Shown here one piece after another: positions 24,516-36,710 of a DNA stretch of 64,000 nt. The translations under genes were made by a program, and so were the position numbers. Below the pieces are notes generated by a model. It did not search any database. It was given only the letters and a program-made list of their open reading frames with translations, and was not told the DNA's origin. Numbering within the stretch: the stretch's first letter is position 1; every line of letters begins with the position of its first letter. Where the stretch lies: positions 160,022,001 through 160,086,000 of the forward strand of contig NC_043000.1 in the NCBI RefSeq assembly GCF_006345805.1, read 5' to 3'. The stretch is from Octopus sinensis (lineage: Eukaryota).

Positions 24516-24789
24516 TTGTTGTATTTAGGAATGGTCATTTTGCCAGTTTAGCCAATAAAAACACACGCACTATATATTTGGTGTTACTTTGCTTCAGTGT
24601 TATTTATTTTTTACATTAATCTTAATCTTATTTCGGCCAGAGTTCTTTCGTCACACTCCTGTGACCGCATATACATATATACAAGCAAAACGCCCCCTCG
24701 TCCAATGGACGGAGCTGGGTTGTCAAACATTTAAACCAAAGTTTCTCAAAACTTGTCCGACCGTCCTATAGGCCTCCCCTTTGAGAAAC

Positions 24790-25206
24790 ACAGATTTAAC
24801 CTAAATTTGAGACACCAGCAAAAGAAGAAATAAAAATAGACTTTTTTCTATTCCAAAGAAAAATGATTTTATTCCCACACATATGCAACCGAAGAGTTTT
24901 AATTATCAGTAATGAGTTTAAAGTATCAGGTTTTCAAGCCAGCCGGCTTTTTTGCGCAAACTGCACGTGCATTTATCTCGCGTACGCGTAGTATCGATCG
25001 CAACAGCTGATTTAATTGCGCATACAAATGCACCTTCCCACGGCTTTATCGATCGCATTCTCACCTGGAATCGATTTTTGTAACTTATCAAGACTTATAC
25101 ACGCCCTGATACCGTCGGTATCTACATATCAAATTTGAGCGCAATCGGATGGAGGATACCCGAGATCCGAGAAGACAGACAGACAGACAACGGATTTTAT
25201 ATAAGA
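24790..25206 (-). mobile_element. Helitron-like 5' end fragment
   Basis: Minus strand begins A|TCTTATATAAAATCCGTTGTCTGTCTGTCTGTC...CCGATTGCGCTCAAATTT, a typical TC-start with (GTCT)n. Confidence 0.5.
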
Positions 25207-25909
25207 TATATATATATATATATATATACCCTGTTGTTGATTTTGAAATTCCAATGAAGGAGCTTTGGATCTAGTTTAGAAACCGGCTCTTCGTCTATTG
25301 GGAAGAAATCTTGAAATAAAACTAACAATGACATACAAACATGCATGTGTGTGTATGCGTGCTTGTGTGAGCGCGCGTGTGCATGCATGTGTAATGTAGT
25401 GAATTTCAACAACAATTATATTTTGAGAGCAACTTTCATATTTTAGAGGTCTGTTGCGTTACTGAATGCCAGTTTTGTTCTCCAAATCATATTAACGCTA
25501 AGTCTGCAATTATATCATCTTGTTTTGTTTCATTTAAAGCATTGAGTTCTATTGGATTACATTTTTCATACTGCTTAATAGCATAACGAGAAACCATCTA
25601 AGCGTTTTATTTTATCTTCTTAGAAATGGGTTTGCTTAATCCTTGTACAAATATGTTTTATACGGACGGGTTTAAATCATAATAAAATATATAAATGATT
25701 TTTAAGTTCAGTAATTAAATTTAAATATCAGTTCAAACACAAAATTTTGAAACAGATGAAATAGCCTATATTTTTATGACTTCGTAGATAAATTTAGAAT
25801 ATTAATTAAACGACAAATTGTTGAACATTTTTTCAAACAGTTAAATCCCTGTTCAGCACTACGTTCTGCCTTATTTTGAAATATTTCTGATTAAGTACGA
25901 TACTACCAA

Positions 25910-26220
25910 TAACCAGTTCCACACATGTACTTCTTAAAACCTGGTACGCTATCGTTCTCTTGTGCCGAATCGCCAAGTAACGGGGACGCAAAGAAGTCAA
26001 CACTGTTTGTCAAACGTTGTTGAACGGTTAACACCAACGCACACACGTACACATATATGAAGAGCTTCTTTCAGTTTCCGTCTATGAAATATAATCTCAT
26101 GTCTTTGCTCGGCTTGGAGCTGTAGTAAAAGAGACTTGTCCAATGTACCACGCCATGGAACTCGACCTGGAATTATGTGATTAGGTAACAAACTTGCTAC
26201 TACACAGCCACGCCTGCGCC
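25910..26220 (-). mobile_element. SINE family A, old diverged copy
   Basis: cttctttcagtttccgtct...tacacagccacgcctgcgcc. Confidence 0.78.
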
Positions 26221-26759
26221 ATAGTGACAAATATATATCTTGAGCTGTACCACTTCCGAAATGCCATCCACTTGACTGAAAAAATTGCTCATCCCCAATA
26301 CGTTTGCAAGTCTCGCTCACATGACTTTTACTGAATTAAAATGCATCCTTTCTCTCAGCCCATTCTCGTATTGCAGCCATAAGTAATTCCATGCTTGCCT
26401 ATTTTATTTTGCTGTACAGGCTTACAATTATAGAAGTTCAAGCTGTAATCTAGTACTTTAACAATACCAGTCTCAATTCAGGGAGGGAAACATCAACAAC
26501 ATGCCTCTATATGGCAGAATGCTCCTTAAAAAAGAAATTAATGTATCATTTCATAACGGAATTTTAGATCTTGTAACTTTGAAGAAAGTGTTGTAGAACC
26601 TCAACAGGAAAGTCTTTATTTATTGGTTTCATTGATCGAAGATGAACTGGACAACACGAGCAGCAACAACAAACCAGAACGACAACGATATCAACAACGA
26701 CAGCACAATCTTCACAAGTCTGATAGGGTCTGAAAAGACAATGGTAGCATCACGAGTCC

Positions 26760-28030
26760 TTCACCGATTACACATAGTTAATGTAACTCTGACATTTCTT
26801 TTTAACTCAATGTAACTGTATCCTTGTTTTCCGAAACTATTAGAAGAACCATTAGTGTTTTCTTTTGTTTTTTTAACATAATTATCTTTAGAAAGTATTT
26901 TTATCCCGAGACACCAAATGATTGACTGTTTCGCAACTGGCTTTATTTTACGTAGTCTGCAAAAGCTGAGTGAAATAATCTAATTTCAGAAACGTTTGAA
27001 AAATTATGGTACAGCAGTAAACACGTCCCTTGTCGGCAAATATTTTCTATCTCTTCGCTATCTCTGTTATAAACCTCAATCATCATATGTTACACCAAAT
27101 CCCATAGGATTTCTGGTATCAAAGAAAACTACAATCAAGTTTTAATTGATACAGTCATCAATTAATAAATGGTTAATGGAATTCTAATTAATATCGTCTT
27201 TCATGTCCCCAGCCAATATTCCCGAAAATTCTCCTATGAGAAGCCGAAGTAAGTAATTGATTGGCTTAAAGCTTTAAAAAAATATCTAAATTAAGCGTTC
27301 TAATCCAACAATAATGTCAGTCCGACCTCATGATCCGTAATTCAGGAAAGCATGTAGATTAAATCCTGTTCTGCATTGTAGACAAAGTATATTGCTTTGT
27401 GAGAGGAGCTAATTCTTTCTATCTAATATGTTGAATACCTTAAATTCTTGTTACAAATAGCATTTTTGTGTCTTCGCACCATATACATACTCACTCTTTC
27501 GCAGTGTCCATAATTCTCTGCTATTTCTATACTACCATTTGTAAATTCTCAGTTATTTGTTCTTGCAATGACTAAGTTGGTGTTCTGATTTTCTAACAGA
27601 TCTGTATCTGGATTTAAACTACTTAATTGCTTGGCTCGTATCATTCTCATTTTGAATAAACAAGTTCTTTACTTTTCTATGTTATCAGTTTTGATTTGTT
27701 AACATTATTTTATGCTTTAGTTTACCATGTCTCCTTGTTTATTTGCAATTGTTGAACTGTTAATAGTCTGCACTCAGTAGTTATCTCCAACTCTTTCAAC
27801 AATCCAATTTATTATAGCTTACTAGTCTTCTTTTTTGTATTTATGTATATATGTTGTTGCCGCCTTGCTGTCTCTATTCTATTTCTTAACATCTGTTCTC
27901 GTTGCAGTTGTTGATTTAAATAAATCTATATCCATCTTCCTTTTCTTAACTTTCCTTTAACATAGAGTAAAACAATGATATCACTCTACCATGTCAAGTG
28001 TTTTCAAACACTGTAGAAAGATTTGACTGA
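26760..28030 (-). mobile_element. Possible highly decayed LINE (APE endonuclease region)
   Basis: Minus-strand ILAGDMK resembles the APE IIxGDFN motif; otherwise riddled with stops. Confidence 0.3.
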
Positions 28031-28524
28031 TATATAGTCATATATCTTTCACAATATTCATATTTTTTGCTTAAATTACAGAAGTTTTGTCTGTAATTCA
28101 TTTCACTTATGATGAAAATTTTAAATACTTTTATTCCAATCATGAGCCTACACAGGTTTGTATTGCTGAATGTTGGTTAATATTCAGCAGCAGCTGCTGA
28201 CATATGGTTTCATTCTTATCAACTGAAATAGACAAAATCCACGTGTATTCATACAGACACCTATTGTATACCCACTCCACAATCACTTATTCGTTAAACC
28301 AACAAGAGAGATTCTTATTGATAATTCGACCGGATAGAAAGAGCAGAAAAATCATGAACTTGGAATTGAAACACATGAAAATTAGAAAACCTAATTGTTC
28401 AGCTCTGTGAAGTCTTTGAATAAAAATCTTCATGACCAGGGCTGACCTGGTGCTAAATAACCAAAACAACAACTCTCCTTATTTCCCCCGCCTTCGCTCT
28501 TTCTCTCCCCCTAGCTCGTTCTTA

Positions 28525-28722
28525 TTTCTTTACTACCCACAAGAGGCTAAACATAGAGGGGACAAACAAGGACAGACAAACGGATTAAGTCGATTATATC
28601 GACCCCAGTGCGTAACTGGTACTTATTTTAATCGACGAAATTTGAACTCAGAACGTAGCGGCAGACGAAATACCGTGAAGCATTTCGCCCGGCATGCTAA
28701 CAATTCTGCCCGCTCGCCGCCT
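28525..28722 (-). mobile_element. SINE family B
   Basis: Same tail/body/head as 5386-5586. Confidence 0.85.
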
Positions 28723-28780
28723 TGTTCGTTCTATGCCATTCTTGCTCCATCCAAATATATTGTCGGTCATATCTTAGGTT

Positions 28781-29356
28781 TTGCTATAGTAGAAATATCA
28801 GTTGGGGAAATGCTACTATTGTTGCGGTTGAGCTTTAGTAATAAATTGTACACATAATCCCATCGGATGCTTGTTCACTAACCGAGGCCAGCAGTCGTTT
28901 GCTTCTTTTTCATCATACATAGGTCACTGAGTATACTGATGACACGGACCACATTTATAATACAACGCTAATATCTTGAATAGGTGACAATTTCTTCAAT
29001 GTAACCGACTTTATCCCTTTGTCTGTCCTTCGTTGTCCCCTCTATATTTAGCCCCTTGTGGGCAATAGAGAAATAAGATAGTTGTCGTAGAGGTAATTAT
29101 AGAATCGGCATGGCAGGAGGTATAAGCGAGGCATACAGGAAATTGTCACCTATTCTATCTAAATATTAGCGTTGTATTATGTCTGTGGCCCGTGTTTTCA
29201 ATATCCTCAGTGACATATATACGATGACAAACAAACAAGTGACTGCTGGCCTCATTTAGTGAACACCCCTCTGATGGGATTCTGTGCACTATTTATTCCT
29301 AAAGTTCAACCGCAACAACAGTAGCGTTTCCGGAATTAATATTTCTACCATAGCAA
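28781..29356. mobile_element. Fold-back/MITE-like element with about 215-bp imperfect inverted arms
   Basis: 28781-28994 is the near reverse complement of 29139-29356; the spacer contains a family B SINE tail (29010-29079). Confidence 0.82.
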
Positions 29357-29378
29357 GGCATTATATATATAATGCTTT

Positions 29379-29537
29379 GGGGCTGGCCAGATTGGAGCAA
29401 TCTCAAGAATAATCAGCCAAAATTGCGAGGATAATCTGGTACTTGACTGAGGAAAGAAAACTTCGAATGATCCGTCCTTGTTTTCTTTGTATCGTCTATC
29501 TGGATGTTTTGTTTTCCCTTTTTGTATCACCTAGCTG
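29379..29537. repeat. Dispersed repeat, copy 2 of 10481-10628
   Basis: Direct comparison. Confidence 0.85.
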
Positions 29538-30902
29538 TCCGGATGTTTTGAGTTCTTGTCCCATTTTGTATTATATATATGTATGTATGTAATTATGTAT
29601 GTATGTATGTATGTATGTATGTATGTATGTATGTATGTATGTATGTATGTATGTATGTATGTATGTACGTATATATATATGCATATATATATAAGTATAT
29701 ATACATACATATGCATATATATATATAGATAGATAGGTATATAGATAGATAGATATGTCTATATATCTATGCCTGCACACAAACACGTGTGTGTGTGTAC
29801 TCTTATGCAAGAAAGAAACACTGTATTGGAAACGACCGTAGAAACACCCTTCTATGGAAAAACCATTGACTATAGTAACCTAAGCAATTGACCTCGATAA
29901 GAATAACTTAAATAGAGAGCCAACGACATGCAAGTCACAGATCTACTTAATTTGATGTCATATTTGTCTAAACACTAATAACATGACTGGACGAATCCCA
30001 GAAAACTGAAATGCTTATAGTGTTATTTGGGGAAGGATAGATCATTGTATTGATCTCAGGAAATAAGGAATACCTCCACAAATTAGGCTTCAGCGGATAT
30101 GATTTCTAGTTTACTACTGACAACACAACGTTAAGGGACGTTTTATTATCAGTAAAAAATACTGGCAGGAGAAACAGAACATCATTTTCTTCTCAAAAAG
30201 AGCATTGGCAATTAGTTGAATTGCTTTGATGCAGTTTCGGTTCTTTTTTTTTTTTGCATGTGTAGCAATATACTTCAATATTTCTAATACATAACTGGAA
30301 TGAGAAAGGAACGTCGAAAATCGATTGTCCCGAAAGGAATGGCACATCTTTGTATTCTCTCTGTTAATTATGTTGCGAATTACATCTTCCCCTCTTCCAA
30401 ATTCCTTCCAAGCATCTTCATATCTATTTACTCCTACACCGCCCCCGTCATTCTTGCACCTTAGTCTTCAGCAAATTAGCTACATATAGTTACGTTTATT
30501 CATTTAATGCCTAATATTATAATTCAACCTATCCTGAAAATACGTACCAGTAGTTAAATATTCCGATCTAATACACAGCTTCTTAAATTTGTCTGTGGAA
30601 AATTTTTAAGGGACTGGCAAAATAGGCTTGGTAGGGAGAGCCATAGATGTATGTGAATATATTCAGGCTTTTCACCAGTTTAATGTTTCCATTAAAACAA
30701 TATTAAATGTAATATTATGATAAACTGCTTTACAAAAACAAAATGATAATAATCAAAATGACAAACATAAAAAAACAATGACAATAACAACAACAAGGAA
30801 AATATAGACAGTATTAAACCTTCTAAAAATGAATAAATAAATTAATAAAATTGAATATGTACATATAGATTATGAAGAATAAAGTAATATGTACGTAGAT
30901 TA

Positions 30903-31304
30903 TCTATATTTATAAAACTTAAGTTGTGTGGTGTCTGTCTCCTACGATTTAGATTCCTAGCTACTCCCACATTTTGCGGTGCAGTTTAACCAAAAGCGGG
31001 TGTCTTATAGTCGTGATTCATATCTAGCCCTTCTGGGTATTAGCGCGCGTCCACGATGAGTCTACGATTTAAAAAAAAATTACCATCATTTTTTTCCATT
31101 TTTAATGCATTTTTTCGCTATTATATAAGGGAAGTCACTCTCTAAAAATGTCTACCATGAGTCTACGATTTAAAAAAAATTTACCATAATTTTTTTACAT
31201 TTTTAATGCATTTTTTTGCTATTATATAAGGTAAGTAACTCTCTAAAAATGCTTATATAGTTATTTCCCTTACAAACCCGAGCAACGCCGGGCGATACTG
31301 CTAG
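30903..31304 (+). mobile_element. Complete non-autonomous Helitron
   Basis: A|TCTATATTTATAAAAC start; CCCG-agcaacgc-CGGG hairpin 8 nt before CTAG|T end; internal 101-bp tandem duplication (31056, 31157). Confidence 0.82.
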
Positions 31305-31876
31305 TATATAATATAGCAAAAAAGTTTTATTTAAAAGATGTGAAAATTTCTGCGCATACCATCCACGCAATCAGGGCAGCCAATACACCTGAATGGCAAG
31401 GTATTCTCCGATTTGTGTGTTCATATATATGCAAATATACCTGGCTGTACGTCTTTCATTCGGGATAAGGGTGCCATCTAATCTTTAACTCTACCCACGT
31501 GCATAAGCTGGCATGATTAAACAATTAGAAAATAAAACTTTAATTCGGAATGTAAAGATAAATTTCTAATGTTAGCCGAAGAGGTATACACGATGCCAAA
31601 AGAATACTCGTACGTACCCGTGTTTAACCGAAGCTACGTGTTAAAAATGAAAAATTAAGGACAATCAGTTCATGTGACAAATATTCCCAGTAAGTTGACA
31701 CTATTGTAAGTTGAACTAGTACCTGGAACTAAATGATTTCTACCAGTTTCGTGCGATTACATTAAAAATGTCGTTGGAAAGATGTTGAGTCGCAGCAAAT
31801 GAGCTTCAAAAAAGTGTTTCTGGAACAAATGAGGCGATGTTAAAAATAATTTAAAGCACTGATTTAATTGGGACAA

Positions 31877-32102
31877 TACTCTTACTCTTTTACTCTTTTA
31901 CTTGTTTCAGTCATTTGACTGCGGCCATGCTGGAGCACCGCCTTTAGTCGAGCAACTCGACCCCGGGACATATTCTTTTTGTAAGCCCACTACTTATTCT
32001 ATCGGTCTCTTTTCGCCGAACCGCTAAGTGACGGGGACCGTAAACACACCAGCATCGGTTGTCAAGCAATGCTAGGGGAACAAACACAGACACACAAACA
32101 CT

Positions 32103-32165
<63 letters not shown>

Positions 32166-32328
32166 GACAGGCTTCTTTCAGTTTCCGTCTACCAAATCCA
32201 CTCACAAGGCATTGGTCGGCCCGGGGCTATAGTAGAAGACACTTGCCCAAGATGCCACGCAGTGGGACTGAACCCGGAACCATGTGGCTGGTTAGCAAGC
32301 TACTTACCACACAGCCACTCCTGCGCCT
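31877..32328 (-). mobile_element. SINE family A, full length
   Basis: Closely similar to 10833-11248; longer internal (TA)n. Confidence 0.92.
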
Positions 32329-32691
32329 ATTCATCTTTAAATATTTATTTGTAAAGAAATATGAGGGATTGAAAGTTTAAAAAATAATGAAGTATAGGTG
32401 AAATATGTGATTGTTAATGCGCATTTTATTTTCTAAGTTGTATCTATTGATTTATTTTATACCTCCCTATAACATATGTCTCCCTATATGCACGTTTCAA
32501 TAAAAAGAACAACGATAATCGATTCTAATACAGGAAAATATCAACGATTTTGTTGGGAAGTCGATACCATCAACACCATTATTTTTCTTGGCACTTTGTT
32601 TTACTGACTCTGGAGTGACAGAGGCCAGCAAATTTCACGCGCAATTAGTTGATCAAATCTATCGATTCCATTACTTGATTGGTATTTTATG

Positions 32692-33075
32692 TGGAGGCGC
32701 AATGGCCCAGTGGTTAGGGCAGCGGACTCGCGGTCATAGGATCGTGGTTTCGATTCCCAGACCAGGCGTTGTGAGTGTTTATTGAGCTAAAACACCTAAA
32801 GCTCCACGAATCTCCGGCAGGGGATGGTGGTGATCCCTGCTGTACCCTTTCACCAAAACTTTCTCTCACTCTTTCTTCCTGTTCTGTTGTACCTGTATTT
32901 CAAAGGGCCGGCCTTGTCACTCTCTGTGTCACGCTGAATATCCCCGAGAACTACGTTAAGGGTACACGTGTCTGTGGAGTGCTCAGCCACTTACACGTTA
33001 ATTTCACGAGCAGACTGTTCCGTTGATTTGGATCAACCGGAACCCTCGTCGTCGTAACCGACGGAGTGCTTCCAA
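32692..33075 (+). mobile_element. tRNA-derived SINE family C, full length, inserted in a family B SINE
   Basis: A box tggcccagtgg, B box gtttcgattcc; TSD GTATTTTATG at 32682-32691 and 33076-33085. Confidence 0.88.
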
Positions 33076-33579
33076 GTATTTTATGGCGAAAGGATGAAAG
33101 GCTAAGTTGCCCTCAGCACTATTTGAACTCAGAACTGGAAGAAATGGGAATAGTAGCTATTTTGACTGTGTGGTGTGATTTCAAATAATTTGGCTACTGT
33201 TTTTAGAATTTTAAACGACTGCAGCCAAGCGACCCTCTCGTTGATTTTAATAACAAAGGCATCAATATCATTTACATCTTGGCGCACCATTCCATTCTGT
33301 TCGTTGTTCTAAATATTCTGCTAAATTATAACATTATTTTATTCTCTTATTTCTTTACTTATTTCAAACATTGGAATGCGTCCACCCGGCAGCATTACCT
33401 GGAATGTGTTAATCGTGGGGAACCGTCTCCTATAATTGTATTTAAGTCTGAGAATTTATCTATGGGGTTTGTTTTTCTTGAATCTCTGTGTTATAGAGTC
33501 GTTAACAATCCATTAACAGTTTTGAGGTGGGGAAGTCAAGGACATAAAAAGGTAAATACACAGATACACGAAGACACAC

Positions 33580-33633
<54 letters not shown>

Positions 33634-34577
33634 TTATATGTCTGTCTGTCTGTCTAGCTATCTATTTATATGTCTGTCTGTCTATCTGTCTGTCTGTCTA
33701 TCTGTCTGTCTGTTTGTCTATCAAAACACACCATATAACATAGGAATTTTATAACTATTTTCCGGATTTATTCTACAGAAGTTTGAAAGTTTACGATTTT
33801 CAAACTTTTTAAAATTTCAATTTTGTAAAATTCTTTGACTTTAATTTGTTAATTTTTGAATTTATCTAAATGTTTCGTGTTTCTTTTTAAACGATGTCTT
33901 AAAAAAAAACATCTAAATTCTGTCATTTATTTTTTCAAAATTTCAAAATTATTTTACAAATTCAAAAATGAAAAAAGTTAACGAAACTGCGCGCATCCGC
34001 AAGAAATGATTTGTCGCTTTGTTTTTGCGTTTGTGGTGTGTGTGAGTGTGTTTGTGTGTGTGTGTGCGCGCGTGCTTGTGCGCGTGTGCGTGAACGTATG
34101 TGCGTATGTGTGTTTCTGTGCATGTTTGAGCTTGTGTGCGTGTTTTTGTGTGTTTGTATTTGTGTGTCTGTGTGTGAGTATATGTGAATACAAATTATGA
34201 ACAGAGCTGTCTTAGCAAAACTGTTGGCCCGATGGCAAAGCAGCGCAGTAAGGACATCCTAAATACAAAACCACACAATACATAGATTAGCATGTGAACC
34301 CTGCTCCCGTGAGTACCCCAGGGAACAATCCCATGCGCTCTTGTCATAAGATGAAATTGATTATGAAAATTTCTATCGTCTTGTATATGCGTAGGTCATA
34401 CATCTTTGCTAAAAATATATATGAAAAAAACGAAAAGAAAATCAAATATAAATCGCACAGAAAATTTATAACAGCACATCTCTTGACACACATCTACTGG
34501 AGAGCAAGTTCACAATTAACAATGCTTAAGCAAAATTTTTGTTAACTTAATTATTTTTTCTTTAATAACTTCTTATT

Positions 34578-34976
34578 TCAAGGGGCTACACATAGAGGGG
34601 CCAAACAAGGACAGACAAACGGATTAAGTCGATTCTATCGACCCCAGTGTGTAACTGGTAGTTATTTAATTGACTCCGAAAGGATGAAAGGCAAAGTCGA
34701 CCTCGGCGGAATTTGAACTTAGAACGTAACGGCAGACGAAATACCTATTTCTTTACTACCAACAAGGGGCTAAACACAGAGGGGACAAACAAGGACAGAC
34801 GAACGAATTAAGTCGATTCTATCAACCCCAGTGCGTAACTGGTACTTATTTAATCGACCACGAAAGGATGAAAGGAAAAGTCGACCTCGGTGGAATTTGA
34901 ACTCAGAACGCAAAGACAGACGAAATACCTCTAGGCATTTCGCCTGGCGTGCTAACGTTTCTGCCAGCTCGCCGCC
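34578..34976 (-). mobile_element. Head-to-tail dimer of family B SINEs
   Basis: Two successive aaggggcta...cagacgaaatacc units; flanked by TAATAACTTCT at 34563-34573 and 34977-34987. Confidence 0.88.
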
Positions 34977-35500
34977 TAATAACTTCTGCACTCTTTTAAT
35001 TTACTTTCTTTAATAACATCTGCACTCTTTTAATTTACCCCCGTCACAAGCATTTTCGAATTCATAATTCATGTCTAAGCTCACTGAAAACGAAAGCAGC
35101 TGCTATTTCTCAGTTACTGTACGGCTGCGCGAAATTGTGTATGATTTTAATTTAATTTTGAAAAGTTTCTGTATAAATTTAATTTAGTTTCAAAAAGTTT
35201 TGAAAGATAAATAAAAATAAATGGCAGAATTGTGAAGTTGGATTTTCTTTAAGCATACATATAAAAAGGATATAATTAAAGATTGAAAACATTAAGGGGT
35301 GGGTGGGTAGACGTGAGCAGAAACTAAAATTTGAAAGAAATTTTTGGAAAAGTAGTAAATCTTTAAGTCATATTAAAAAAATATTATCGAAGAAACTCGA
35401 AAAGAAACTACCCAATTGGATGAGAACACTGCCACATGTATGCATGCATTCATACATATATACATGCATACATATGCACACTCACAAAGAGACTCATTTA

Positions 35501-35547
<47 letters not shown>

Positions 35548-35560
35548 ATATATATATATA

Positions 35561-35886
35561 TATATTATAAGAAATGAGGTACTCAGAAGATCGGATGGTT
35601 TATATTTACAGATATTTATTTGTATATTACATTTTTTTTATATATATCATATCACTTAGATCATTAGCGCTTTCTTCCATTCTAGTAGGGTTTTCAAATC
35701 AAACTAAGCGTATGCCGGGCATCTGGAGTCGACCGCCCCAACTTAGTTTGATTTGAAAACCACACTAGAATGGGAGAAAGCGCTAATGATCTAAGTGATA
35801 TGATATATATAAAAATGTAATATACAAATAAATATCTGTAAATATAAACCATCCAATCTTCTGAGTACCTCATTTCTTCTAATATA
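35561..35886. repeat. Near-perfect fold-back, about 147-bp arms with a 33-bp spacer
   Basis: 35561-35708 vs 35742-35886 reverse complement; about five substitutions and one 2-bp indel by eye. Confidence 0.95.
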
Positions 35887-35930
35887 TAATACCTGCACAT
35901 CATCTCCAAACCTTCCAATATATATATATA

Positions 35931-36215
35931 TATAGTTAATCTAAACATGAACAAAGAGAACACACGACAACGCGAGGACATGGAACAAGTATAGTGTTAT
36001 TGGACGCTCAGAAAAGGAAAGAAAGAAGGAGGATATTTAACGTTTCCAGTGGAACTCGTCTTCAGAAACATAGAAAAAGGAAAGGTCCAAGGAAGGGAAG
36101 ACTGAGAAAGAAAATCGCCAACGATACACACGCGGTCGCATATTGAAATGACCGGAAGGGAATGGGTGAAGGAAAAGGTTCTTTCAAAGACAGGAGAGTG
36201 CAAGAGAAGGAGGTA
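35931..36215 (-). mobile_element. Solo pLTR related to the 57516-58050 terminal repeat
   Basis: Minus strand tatgtttctgaagacgagttccactggaaacgtt...ttcctttt(t)ctgagcg.c.aataa.a.tat...ttgttccat parallels 57916-58050. Confidence 0.75.
36035..36069 (-). ncRNA. Minimal hammerhead motif in the solo pLTR
   Basis: GTTT-CTGAAGA-C-GAGT-tcc-ACTG-GAAACGTT-AAAT; the core is intact but the helix II closing pair is altered. Confidence 0.55.
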
Positions 36216-36410
36216 TGTGTGGGTATGTGCGTGCGCGCAGGTCTGTGTGTGTGTGTGTCTATGTATTTGTAATGTTAGTACGTGTGTGTGTGTATATGTG
36301 TGTGTGTATGTGTGTGTGTGTGTGTGTGCGGTTGTGGCTGTTTATCTCTGTGTTGTCCTCTGTTGTCTCTCTGGCACGTGGTTTGTCATTGTTTTGTAGT
36401 GCTTCACCCC

Positions 36411-36683
36411 GGATCTTTTCGGTTTAAACGGCAGTTTTTTCTAGCGGTGTCATATGAAATTGTCACCCATAATTATGACCTTAGTATCGATCTATTGCAT
36501 TTCAATGTAATTTAGGGTTAGGGTTAGGGGTGGGGGTAGGATATCTTACAAACTATAGAATTTTCACAATAAAGCCAAGACAAAAAGATGTTTTATAAAC
36601 ACATTCCACCAGTATACGAAGTTTAAAAGTTTTTAGTTACCTAGAAATTATGTTAAAAACTGCCGTTCAAACCGAAAAGATCC
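36411..36683. mobile_element. TTAGGG-bearing MITE, copy 2 (internally deleted)
   Basis: Same TIRs; flanks CTTCACCCC / CTTCTCCCC (9 bp, 1 mismatch). Confidence 0.9.
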
Positions 36684-36710
36684 CTTCTCCCCTGTTCGTC
36701 GATTTTTGCG

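Noticed and set aside
29447-29468. CTGAGGA-AAG-aaaa-CTT-CGAAT hammerhead-like motif
   Set aside because: It has GAAT instead of GAAA, no convincing helix I or III, and the sister copy at about 10548 lacks CTGA.
32693-32765. tRNA gene
   Set aside because: A and B boxes are present, but the sequence continues into a multicopy SINE body with a TSD and I could not fold a proper cloverleaf; the same applies to 8157 and the family A heads.
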